Source of the DNA: Octopus sinensis
Taxonomy: Eukaryota
Assembly: GCF_006345805.1 (NCBI RefSeq)
Contig: NW_021836379.1
Coordinates: 1 to 26,360 of the forward strand
DNA: 26,360 nucleotides
Reading direction: 5' to 3'
How positions within the stretch are numbered: the first letter of the stretch is position 1; each line of letters starts with the position of its first letter. Shown here one piece after another: positions 1-10,302 of the stretch. Made by a program: the position numbers and the translations under genes. A model generated the notes under the pieces. It saw only the letters and a program-made list of their open reading frames with translations. It was not told where the DNA came from and made no database searches.

Positions 1-151
1 TCTAGCCGGTTTGAAGCTGGTTCCATTTTTATTGGGACTTCATGGCTCAAATTAGTATATTAGTATATGTTTTGAATAGGATTTAATTGGTATATATAAA
101 TATTTGATTGGACACATGACTGATCTTCGAAATTTTTGTAGGTTCCCCGCT

Positions 152-394
152 ACGTCCGTGTGCTGGTATCAAGTTACAACAATGTGCTGCGTGTAAAGCT
201 GACACGGTTGATTGAACATGTCCAAACAATCAATGCTCTGTTTTCTGTCGAGTGTTTGTAGTGAATGAACACAATTAAGTTTATAACTTTTTGTACGTTT
301 CCTGTCACGTCCGTGCGTTAGAATCACGTGACAGTATGTATTGCACCTAAAAGAAAGCCGACACGGTTGAGTGAACATGTTTAGTTATAATCAA
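152..394. repeat. Diverged direct repeat, period about 157 bp; second unit interrupted by the SINE at 395
   Basis: acgtccgtg at 152 and 308; aaagctgacacggttgattgaacatgt (195-221) vs aaagccgacacggttgagtgaacatgt (354-380), 25/27 identical; aatcaatgc follows unit 1 and is restored in unit 2 once the SINE and one TSD copy are removed. Confidence 0.6.
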
Positions 395-626
395 AAGGCG
401 GCGAGCTGGCAGACACGTTAGCGCGCCGGGCGAAATGCTTAGCGGTATTTCGTCTGTCGTTACGTTCTGAGTTCAAATTCCGCCGAGGTCAACTTTGCCT
501 TTCATCCTTTCGGAGTCGATAAATAAAGTACCAGTTTCGCACTGGGTCGATATAATCGACTCAATCCCTTCGTCTGTCTTTGTTTGTCCCCTCTATCTTT
601 AGCCCCTTCTGGGTAGTAAAGAAATA
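395..626 (+). mobile_element. Full-length tRNA-derived SINE, family A (tail type 1), monomer
   Basis: A-box-like gagctggcagacacgttag, B-box gagttcaaattcc, body gcctttcatcctttcggagtcgataaataaagtacc, tail ending taaagaaata. Exact 9-bp TSD tataatcaa at 386-394 and 627-635. Five further related loci in the window. Confidence 0.95.
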
Positions 627-937
627 TATAATCAATGCACTCCAAATTAAATTTGTCTGGCGGGAAACTGGACAGGAGTCGTTTGTACTTAGTTCAGTGG
701 CTAAAGATTAGGTTGTTTCTCATAAGTGGCAGAATGAGTTTTATGTGTAAATAGTTATTTGTGTTTGTACTCTGTTAAACTTTGTTAAGTCTTGATTTGA
801 ACTTTTGTAACAAAGTACTTTGCTTATCCGTGCTTCATCTGTGGCATTTGCTGAACATATGTCTATGAATCCACTGAGCGGACACAAAGAAATATGTGCC
901 AAATATAAGTCCTGCAAATTCCAGGTCTCTCCACTCT

Positions 938-986
<49 letters not shown>

Positions 987-1174
987 CAAAATTTAGAGGA
1001 CTGACCACTAAAAGTGGACAGCCTTTATGCTAGATATAGACGTCAAAATCGCCATTTTCCACGAAGAATGTGTTCTCAAGAAAAACCCCAGCATTTTCGT
1101 GGAAAATGACGATTTTGACGTCCATATCTAGCATAAAGGCTGTCCACTTTTAGTGGTCAGTCCTCTAAATTTTG
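987..1174. mobile_element. Fold-back MITE, probably Tc1/mariner-type (TA TSD)
   Basis: Arms 987-1070 and 1092-1174 are reverse complements with 2 mismatches and 1 indel, around a 21-nt loop. Flanked by TA at 985-986 and 1175-1176; sits at the end of a (TA)n array. Confidence 0.85.
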
Positions 1175-1277
1175 TATGTAAAAATATTTTTAATCTTCGG
1201 ATTTTTTAAAAATATGCTAGACCACTGGTTTTAATGATTAATATCAATTTTTACCCTTATTTGATCTTATATATATT

Positions 1278-1335
<58 letters not shown>

Positions 1336-1703
1336 CAGGCTGCGTTAAATATATTGTCTAAATTACGTAAAAATGAAAATAACAGTCTCACCTCATTTTA
1401 ATAGATACATTTACCAAGATTACATAAAAATATCTGAAAATACTAAAGAGTAACCTTATTCCATAAAATCGCCGTTGGTTTCAAACACGATCTCCAGACG
1501 ACTTCGGAATCTCCAGCAACTCTTCTGGACGGTCTCATTGTTTAAGTTGGTGAATGCTGCCATAATCTTTGCCTTCAGTTTATCTTTGGCGTTACAGGAG
1601 AGTTTTGTCGGTCTCTCGCTCAACTGCACCCCACACATAATAATCAAGGGGGTTGCGGTCTGGGGACTTAGATGACCAGATGTTAGAGGTGATGTGGCGG
1701 AAT
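1336..1703 (-). mobile_element. 3' remnant of a Tc1/mariner-superfamily DNA transposon with one terminal repeat
   Basis: Terminus ta|caggctgcgttaaat at 1334-1350 abuts (TA)n and resembles a TA-CAGG TIR start; transposase C-terminus lies upstream on the minus strand; the 5' part is missing beyond the SINE at 1704. Confidence 0.85.
1456..1700 (-). pseudogene. Frameshifted DDD/E transposase C-terminus (mariner/maT-like)
   Basis: Manual translation HITSNIWSSKSPDRNPLDYYVWGAVERETDKT, 1-nt frameshift, then SCNAKDKLKAKIMAAFTNLNNETVQKSCWRFRSRLEIVFETNGDFME*. Matches the WPxxSPDLNPLDYxVW motif and the terminal RLxAVIxAxG motif of this superfamily. Confidence 0.88.
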
Positions 1704-1933
1704 ATTGGTTTGATATTTTGGCACAAGGCCAGCAATTTCGTGGGGTGGGGTGGGGTGGGGGATAAGTCGATAACATCAACTCAACTACTCAAATGATACT
1801 TATTTTATCGACTCCGAAAGGATGAAAGACAAAGTCGACCTCGGCAGAATTTGAACTCAGAATATAAAGACTGACGAAATGCCTTTAAGCAATTTCGCCC
1901 GGCGTGCTAACGATTCTGCCAGCTCGCTGCCTT
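1704..1933 (-). mobile_element. SINE family A head and body with alternative tail (type 2)
   Basis: Minus strand: aaggcagcgagctggcagaatcgttagcacgccgggcg...gagttcaaattctgccgaggtcgactttgtctttcatcctttcggagtcgataaaataagt, then C-rich tract and aaattgctggccttgtgccaaaat, a tail shared with the copy at 13474. Confidence 0.9.
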
Positions 1934-2443
1934 CATGGAATAATTAGCAATTATTGTAATCGCTCTGGTTCTGTTATCGAGTTTATTTCACTTTCTTCAT
2001 TGCCCCTATTTCAACCCACCTCACCCTTTTCATCTCACTGTTCTATTGCAGCGACATTCGACCTTTAACTACTCACTAATTAACTTTCCATTTCAATTTC
2101 AAACAATAATCTCTCTCTTCATCTCTCTCTCCTTCTCTTCCTCTCCCCCCTCCTCTTCCTCTCCCCCCTCCTCTCTCGCCTAATGGCGCCTTGTATCAAA
2201 TATAACACCAATCCCCCATACCCACTTTGAGTATTTCATAGCATTTGATAATCGAATACAATTCAATAAACGCATTCCCTTATCATCTTACACAGAGAAA
2301 TATCCCAACTTCCATAATTTGATTTTCATTCAGGTGAATTAGAAATCGAAACACGGAAAGTCTTGTGTGTGATATGCATGTGTATAAGTATTTATGCATG
2401 AATGTATATTACTGTATCATTGAACCAATGAGACTATCGGATC

Positions 2444-2447
2444 ATAT

Positions 2448-2519
<72 letters not shown>

Positions 2520-2535
2520 ATATAATATATATATA

Positions 2536-2578
<43 letters not shown>

Positions 2579-2600
2579 ATATATGTATGTATGTATATAT
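2444..2600. repeat. (TA)n microsatellite
   Basis: Direct inspection. Confidence 0.97.
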
Positions 2601-2866
2601 AGGCGCAGCCGTGGCTGTGTGGTAAGAAGCTTACATTCTGACCACATGGTTCCGGGTTTGGTCCTACTGTGTGGCACATTGGGCATGTCTTCTACTATAG
2701 CCTTGGGCCGACCAAAAGCTTTGTGAGTGGATTTGGTACAGGGATACTGAAAGAAGCCTGTCGTATATATACATATGTGTGTGTGCGTGTGTGTGTCTAT
2801 GTCTGTTCCCCCACGGCTGCTTGACAATCAATGATGGTTTGCTTACAACCAGTAACTTAGCGGTTC
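2601..2866 (+). mobile_element. tRNA-derived SINE family B, 3'-truncated
   Basis: ggcgcagccgtggctgtgtggtaagaagc head, CORE-like ggcacattgggcatgtcttc, gggccgaccaaaagc...gtggatttggta...aaagaagcctgtcg, internal (TG)n; colinear with copies at 15204 and 15640. Confidence 0.9.
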
Positions 2867-2929
2867 AAGAATCAAACTCACTACCTCCTGGTTATGAGCC
2901 CGACGCTCTAACCACGGAGCCATGCGGCT
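2861..2929 (-). mobile_element. Isolated tRNA-like SINE head (related to family D)
   Basis: Minus strand agccgcatggctccgtggttagagcgtcgggctcataaccaggaggtagtgagtttgattctt: D-arm gctc/gagc, anticodon-like loop, degenerate T-loop, no acceptor stem; resembles the head at 13838. Confidence 0.7.
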
Positions 2930-3007
2930 GTATATACACATACACACATATTTGCATATATTTACATACATATTCATATATTTATACGTATATATATGTA
3001 TATGTGT

Positions 3008-3257
3008 GGAGGCGCAATGGCCCAGTGGTTAGGGCGTTGTGAGTGTTTATTGAGCGAAAACACCTAAAAGCTCCACGACGCTCCGACAGGGGGTGGTGAT
3101 CCCTGCTGTACTCTTTCACCACTCTTTCTTCTGTTGGCCTGCTCGCTTAGCCAGCGGGGTGGCGTCATTCGAAGGCTAAAACAATGCGAACGTATTGTGA
3201 CCAGAGCAGCGATGTGTAACAACCTCTGATGGTCTGGTCGGTCATGTGGTCCCGTGA
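3008..3257 (+). mobile_element. tRNA-derived SINE family C (octopus OR-like), B-box region missing
   Basis: ggaggcgcaatggcccagtggttagggc carries a perfect A-box (TGGCCCAGTGG) but runs straight into gttgtgagtgtttattgagcgaaaacacc with no B-box. Family name is from recollection. Confidence 0.75.
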
Positions 3258-3313
3258 TGTATATATATGTATACGTACACAAGCATACACACACACACAC
3301 ACACACACATACC

Positions 3314-3503
3314 TTATTAAAAAGCAGCAAAAATATCACAAAATCTGTTACTCAGAGTTTCACGTTCCCGTTCCTTGCGCAGTTTTGTTTAGAAAACAAG
3401 ACTGTCCGACGAACGGGAGCGTCAAACTCTGAGTAACAGTTTCAGTTATATTTTTGCTGCTTTATAATAAAGCAGTTTACTCTACCTCTGGTATTCGAGT
3501 ACT
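3314..3503. mobile_element. Inverted pair of Penelope-like terminal fragments with hammerhead motifs (family H1)
   Basis: Arms about 3314-3385 and 3399-3470 are reverse complements; the right copy continues to 3503 and matches 12361-12471. Confidence 0.7.
3402..3439 (+). ncRNA. Minimal type-I hammerhead-like motif H1 (GAAA mutated to CAAA)
   Basis: ctgt-ccgacga-acg(ggag)cgt-caaa-ctctgag-ta-acag. The mirror copy at 3345-3382 (minus) has intact GAAA and GUA but a damaged core. Confidence 0.65.
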
Positions 3504-4513
3504 ATATATAACACACAGTAAAGAAACGATCATGACATATATGGTGAGTTCGTTAGCAGCTAATCAAACTAATGGCAACTTTTTGACAAGCTACAAGGAA
3601 AACAGAGCACCCATGTCAAAGATAACGTGTTTGTTTTTTTAATAAATATTAATTCCTTCCCTCGATATCTGATACAATCCTAGCATTTTGATTTGCAAGA
3701 ACTCAATTCCTGTTAGAAAGCAACATATATTTATATTCAACATATACAAACTCACAAACACACACCAGCTGACGCATATATCATTACGTGATGCTCTCCC
3801 TCCACTCAAAGTATTTGTGGCTCGGGGCCAAAAGTCGAAATGGGTTGAATAGAAGCGAAAGAAGGAATTTATTGGTGAGGTTAGTAAAATAACATAAACC
3901 CAATCTATCATCGGCAGAAATTGAAATATGCAAGGAATGTGGCAGGATTGTTAAACAAACACTGAAAATAGAAAACTGAAACAAAAACCCCCCAAAAAAA
4001 TGACAATTTGCATAAACCAAACAACAAAAGTATAAAAAAAAACAACAATAAAAATCATTATTTCCATTTGCGCTGGTTTTTATTGTTTTTCCTTTATTAT
4101 TTTGTTTGTTTCTCTTATTTCAACACTTCAATATCGTCACTCGAGTGCTTAGGTCTGACAGTTTGGGGCAATGCCATATAGAATTATTGGCTTATGAACT
4201 CATACATTCTGAAGTTCTGAAGACCGAATATTCGGAGCCGACACTGAATTTCACCCTTGCAGGGGTCGATATACCCTAAGATGTTCATGTTGCTGATGTT
4301 GTTTATTCTCATGTCAGTTCTGAAATATTCCAGTCTTGACAATCCCATTTACTCTGCAGGCATACTTCATCAATGTGCCATTCCCATCTTTAAGTGTGAT
4401 GATATGATTTGAGAGATTTGGCTGTTATTTCTAAGAGTTTCAATGACCACTTCGAGGTGCTCCTACAGACTCACATCAGTTGTTTGTATTCTTCTTATTT
4501 ACGGCAACGATAA

Positions 4514-4652
4514 TCTCCCCAATCGGGCACACCTACCCACTTGGCTCTCCTCGCCCCATCACTCCCACTAGACCCAGCTCCAAACTCTCCAATCAGGCAC
4601 ACCTACCCACTTGGCTCTCCTCGCCCCATCACTCCCACTAGACCTAGCTCTA
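4514..4652. repeat. 70-bp tandem duplication
   Basis: aatc(g/a)ggcacacctacccacttggctctcctcgccccatcactcccactagacc(c/t)agctc at 4521 and 4591. Confidence 0.95.
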
Positions 4653-4947
4653 ATCCTTACATCCAATCTTTCTTGCCCCTACTCCTAGAAATAAAGTTGA
4701 AGATCACTTTACCATCCCTAGTCCATGAAATTAAGACATACCTGTAATTAATTTGGGTCTGTTAAATGTTTCACAAAGTCTCTATTTTATTGTCAATTGC
4801 CGCATTAATAATCATATGAACTATTTATATCTGATGCAGTTAAGTTAATGACTGCAGTGGAAGATAAGGATATTGCGTATATTTTTTGTAATGATAATAT
4901 AGTATTTTAATTTGTGATGATAATTATAAGCAAATTTATAGTAGAAG

Positions 4948-5105
4948 ATTGACTCCAGTCATCAATTGGTACTTATTTCATAGGCCGAAGACAGGACGAA
5001 AAGCAAAGCCGACGACGGCGTAATTCGAACTCAAAATGAAAAGACGGACGAAATGCTGCTAAGCACATTGTCCGGCGTAGTAATGATTCTTCCAGCCCAA
5101 TGTCT
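4948..5105 (-). mobile_element. Old diverged SINE family A copy
   Basis: Minus strand gctggaagaatcattactacgccggac...gagttcgaattacgccgtcgtcggctttgcttttcgtcc...aaataagtacc aligns with the family A head and body. Confidence 0.8.
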
Positions 5106-5190
5106 TAATAATGACAACAAAAATAAGAACAACAGCAACAACAACAAAAATAGTAATAATAATAATAACTGCTATTATTATTATTATTAT

Positions 5191-5676
5191 TGAGTGAGAG
5201 AGCAGTGCATGCCATCAAAGTGACACTGGGGTAAAATATACGAAGCCCAATATACCCATCATGACTACCCGTCTGATAAAGGTACACCAGGCACATGCAT
5301 CACAACCATATGTGCGTGACATGGTGATCTCATATCAAGATAAACAGCACATGGCCTTGCAGGTGGGGCCCAGTTAGAATTTTCTTCAGGTTGAGTAGCC
5401 CATCCTGCTCAAAAGGTCCCTGAATAAGGGTTGCTTTAGGATGTTGAACGAAACACCTATGTTTCCAGAGGTGAACCATTCAAACCCCAAAGAATCCCTC
5501 TCAACACATGGCCATGATGCTCCCCCACTACTTCTGCTCGCGATCGGAGATGCACATATCGTCAGCCACTAAGGGATACAGTCAACTGGTTAAGGTCAAA
5601 CAACTGACAAGCAAATTTGTGGTATTGAGCAGAATATTTGCTGTAGCCCATCTTTTATACCAAGACAAAACAATGT
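5191..5676 (-). mobile_element. Probable interspersed retroposon fragment with (AAT)n tail, inside an AAT/TTA array
   Basis: Non-coding island, more GC-rich than its flanks, bounded on both sides by (TTA)n; minus strand ends ctctctcactc(aat)n. Resembles an abundant octopus repeat from memory; single copy here, so family unconfirmed. Confidence 0.55.
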
Positions 5677-5677
5677 C

Positions 5678-5723
<46 letters not shown>

Positions 5724-5875
5724 CATTATTATTATTATTATTATTATTATAAACATTATTATTATTATTATTATAATAATAATAATAATAATAATTATTA
5801 TTATTATTATTATTGTCGTTGTTGTTGTTGTTGTTGTTGTTGTTGTGGTGGTGGTGGTAGTGGTGGTGTTGCTTC
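5677..5875. repeat. Compound (TTA)n/(TAA)n/(TTG)n/(GGT)n microsatellite
   Basis: Direct inspection. Confidence 0.97.
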
Positions 5876-6239
5876 TTGTTATCGTTACTGTAAATATTAT
5901 TTGAATTATCGCTTGTCTCTTGTACGTCTAATGTTCTGTTTCCTCCCAAAGCGTCAGAGTTTATCAATGACTTTTATCGTTTGACAACCACACGGAACAA
6001 CATGAAGACAAAAGCCAAAAGACAAGAAACAAAACAAAGAAAAAACAAACAAACATGAACAAACAAAGAAAACATGAAGCACAAAACACAAAAACCGTAC
6101 CAAAATCCTAATAAAACAAAGAATATGATGATAATGATGATGAGGTGGAGTAGAAGGAGGAGTATGGTGATGATGATGATGATGATTAATAGTATTAATA
6201 AATGTTATAATGATAAAGTAAACATGTGTTTACTTCATC

Positions 6240-6256
6240 ACTATATATATATGCAT

Positions 6257-6290
<34 letters not shown>

Positions 6291-6307
6291 ATATATATAT
6301 ATATGTG

Positions 6308-6368
<61 letters not shown>

Positions 6369-6400
6369 GTACGTATGTATATGTATATATATATATCTAT

Positions 6401-6461
<61 letters not shown>

Positions 6462-6501
6462 TATATATTATATATATATATTTAATATATATATCTATAT
6501 G

Positions 6502-6541
<40 letters not shown>

Positions 6542-6547
6542 CGTATG

Positions 6548-6595
<48 letters not shown>

Positions 6596-6596
6596 G

Positions 6597-6627
<31 letters not shown>

Positions 6628-6676
6628 GAATATATATATACATATATATATACATACATATATATAATATATATAT

Positions 6677-6756
<80 letters not shown>

Positions 6757-7053
6757 ATATATGTATATACGTATATATATATGTATGTATATTTGGTATT
6801 TAAGTGATTTTCTGAAGATTTCTGAAGCCATTATTTGAAATTCTGACAGCTAATTCTGACAATATCTCTCGGGAATGATGTCCATTAATACCGCTGAATA
6901 AAAGAGCAGGAATCAACTTCTGTTTTGGTACCTATGTAGGTTCGTGCTATATATGGGAAGTATGAATGTATGTATGTATGCATGTATATATATATATATA
7001 TATTTATATACATAGATACATACATACATACATACATACATACATACACACAA

Positions 7054-7107
<54 letters not shown>

Positions 7108-7480
7108 ATACATACCTACATATATATATTATATGTATTCATATGGATATAGATGTAGATGTTGTGTGTATTTAGATACGCCTATATTTACATATATCTG
7201 TATACTCATATATATATTCATATACATGTATATGTACTATATCTATGTATAGACGTGTGCATATATTTATATATATATATATGTATATGTATGTGTATAT
7301 ATATATATGTGTGTGTGTGTATAATATAAATATATGCATATTTTATATATATATATATATATATATAAATGTATATATATAGACACACACACATACACAT
7401 ACACACATATGTAAATATATATACATATATATTTTTTATTTATACATATATGTGTGTGTTTGTGTGTGTGAGTGTGTATA
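6240..7480. repeat. Two long degenerate (TA)n/(TACA)n/(TG)n arrays (about 6240-6790 and 6960-7480)
   Basis: Direct inspection; source of the YI-rich ORFs. Confidence 0.97.
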
Positions 7481-8281
7481 TGTCTATCTGTTTGCAAGCC
7501 TACGCATCTAATTACGTAGCAATTAATCTACACAAATTATTCTATATCTGAAAGTTTCGTGCCTTGGTACCACAAGCCACCTAGCCTGTGAGCATATGCG
7601 AATGCGCGCACACACTCACACACATACACAGACATAACGTTGTAAAATTGCCAATGATACAATCAACTTCTAATCTTCGTAGAACTCAATACAGTCTCAC
7701 TGAACAGTGAGAGAGTCGTTGAAATATTTGGGCGATTTGATGTCCTAAACTCAACTGTGATTTCTTCCCACAGTTCTTCTGACTTGGAATTCATTGGAAT
7801 TCTGGGAGCTCATATAATATTTAAGGATAGTATACGTGTGAGGGCCGTACTTTTCGACGCGGAGCGGGCGTCTTTTTTAAAATGTTGCTTGGATGTGATA
7901 TGTAAGCATTTTCTTATCATTGTCAAAGTTTCTATTTCTTAACATTTTCTTATCATTATCAAAGACTGTATAACTGTATTTTAAAACAATTATGATAACC
8001 ATTTTTTAATACAACAAAGCTTATACAGAGCTTTACATTTTACTTATAATTTTTTTTAAAAAAAACCTCCGTATTTTCGAGAAAGAGAAGCGGTAGAGGG
8101 AAAGAGTAAAATATAAAGGGCTTAAACTAAGGGACATTTTAAAATCATATAATATATTAGTCTGACTGGAAGTGAAATAACTTAACAAATTAAAAATTTA
8201 AATGCAAATCGTCCTTTGTTTCTTAAATAACTTCTCTTAATCTTTTTCATTCTGTGGAATTTCTACGAGTCCTTCAAGTGC

Positions 8282-8360
8282 CAACAACAACAACAACAAC
8301 AACAACAACAGAACGACAACAACAATAACAATAATAATAATGATGATGATGATGATGATG

Positions 8361-8396
<36 letters not shown>

Positions 8397-8415
8397 GCAC
8401 AACAATAACAACAAC

Positions 8416-8446
<31 letters not shown>

Positions 8447-8469
8447 GCAACAACATTAACAACAACAAC

Positions 8470-8561
<92 letters not shown>

Positions 8562-8572
8562 TAATAATAATT
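8282..8572. repeat. Compound (AAC)n/(AAT)n/(GAT)n microsatellite
   Basis: Direct inspection. Confidence 0.97.
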
Positions 8573-9066
8573 AGTTCTCCAAAAATGGTTGTGCTTTTTG
8601 TAATTAGCCTGAAAAGCTACATTGGGTATGAGGAGTGCAGCCGAAAACAACTCCTCATAACTTAAAGAACAAAAATAACGTAAAATTAACCCAGCAAATT
8701 GACGAGAACAAGAAAAATAACAAGAACAGCTATCACATTGTTGTTGAGTAGGAATTGTTAATTAACTGCGTGAAGATGAACGATAATAAAAATTTTAAAA
8801 TATATTAAGAAAAAGATAGGAAAACAGAAAAAGCGGCCAATTCCAACCACAGATGAGATCTTTGGTAATTTCAACGACCAAAGAGTCTGTGGTTGGTTGT
8901 TTGGTTGGTTGTTGTGTGGAGTGGAGTATTTAGTAAAGTAGTGATGAGAACAGAGAAGTTGAAGAAAGGCTCCGAAAAGAAAGGATGGCACAGATGATGG
9001 TCATGTATATTTTACTGGTTTTAGAACAGCGAGAGATAAAGTAAAAACGAAGTAAAAGTGGACCAT

Positions 9067-9440
9067 TACCTATGTCTTTACTGCCCACTAGGGGCTAAAC
9101 ACAGAGAGGACAAACAAGGACAGACAAAGGGAATAAGTCAATTACATCGACTCCAGTGTGTAACTGGTACTTATTTAATCGACCCCGAAAGGCAAAGTCG
9201 ACCTGGGCGGAATTTGAACTCAGAACGTAACCGCAGACGAAATACCTATTTCTTTACTACCCACAAGGGGCTAAACACCGAAGGGACAAACAAGGACAGA
9301 CAAACGGATTAGGTCGATTATATCGACCCCAGTGCGTAACTGGTACTTATTTAATCGACCCCGAAAGAATGCCTGGCAAAGTCGACCTCTGCGGAATTTG
9401 AACTCAGAACGTAGCGGCAGACGAAATACCGCTAAGCATT
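9067..9440 (-). mobile_element. SINE family A tandem dimer, 5'-truncated
   Basis: Minus strand: unit 1 spans 9440-9247, unit 2 spans 9246-9071, junction taaagaaata|ggtatttcgtc. ggtattt starts at 9430 and 9246 (184 bp apart); a third unit begins with ggta (9070-9067). Confidence 0.93.
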
Positions 9441-9572
9441 AAGCTGTATCAACGTTTGCCTCTCCCTTGGATAACACCGGTGGCATTGAGAGGGGAAGCT
9501 GGTATGCATGGGCGACTGCTGATCTTCCATAAACAACCTTGCACGGACTTGTACCTCGGACGGTAACCTTTA
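9441..9572 (+). mobile_element. Probable fragment of another interspersed repeat (SINE 3' region)
   Basis: GC-richer island gagaggggaagctggtatgcatgggcgactgctgatcttccataaacaaccttgcacggacttgtacctcgg, recognised from memory as an octopus repeat segment; no second copy in the window. Confidence 0.45.
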
Positions 9573-10302
9573 GTTCAAATAAAAGAAAATTGTCTAAAGT
9601 ACACTATCGTATCGAACTCGAGAACACAAAGTAACCCTGCGCGCTTGTTTATCGCAGTGTCAAATTTGGTTTATGTTTACTTTCCACTTGCTGTTCTGCT
9701 TTCTAATTTAATACCAATTCCAGTTTCCCCTACTTAAACAAATCTATCGATAGTTTGCGTTGATTCAATAAAACCGTCTATTTATATTTTCATAAACCGA
9801 CAATTCATTCCTGTGCAAATATTAATCTCCATTTTGAAAATTGTTTCTTTTTCAAATCTTCTCCTCATTTCAAATGTTCCGTAAACCAACAAATCATTTT
9901 ACGGAAAAAATATATTAGTTTTCCTAATATAATTTTAAAGTTAAAACGAAAACTAAACGTCTAGCGTAATTCAAAACATGGCTGACCCAAACACGCACAA
10001 AACCATGCACATATACACTCGTGCACTGACACGCACACACATACACAGGCACGCATGCACAGGCGCACACACATATACACAAGTGCACGCACAAACATGC
10101 ATACACACACGTATGACGTCGATGTTTGCGTAAGAAGCTGTGTTCTTAATCGTCTAATGATTGTGAAGAGTAATCCATGGGTACGAAACACTCGGCAGAA
10201 GTTACAGAGTGACCCAAATTCTGAGAATTTCGTCCGTTGGCACTTATCGAACTGGTTTCAAATGAAGCGAGTTTCATTTATATGCTCGTGGTAATAATAT
10301 TT

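Noticed and set aside
2861-2929. Functional tRNA-Met(CAU)
   Set aside because: No acceptor stem, degenerate T-arm, and similarity to SINE heads; CAT probably arose by mutation of a cacga-type loop.
4430-4495. Hammerhead-like ctgatg...gaaac on minus strand
   Set aside because: Core reads ctgatgt, and no stem I or cleavage triplet can be paired; may be a very decayed PLE end but is unsupported.
7690-7830. Minus-strand SEELWEEITVEFRTSNRPNI resembling a Harbinger transposase segment
   Set aside because: The expected downstream GAIDGKH catalytic motif is absent.
8853-8875. bantam-like seed tgagatc in the hairpin
   Set aside because: Only the seed matches, and it lies in an unpaired part of the 5' arm.
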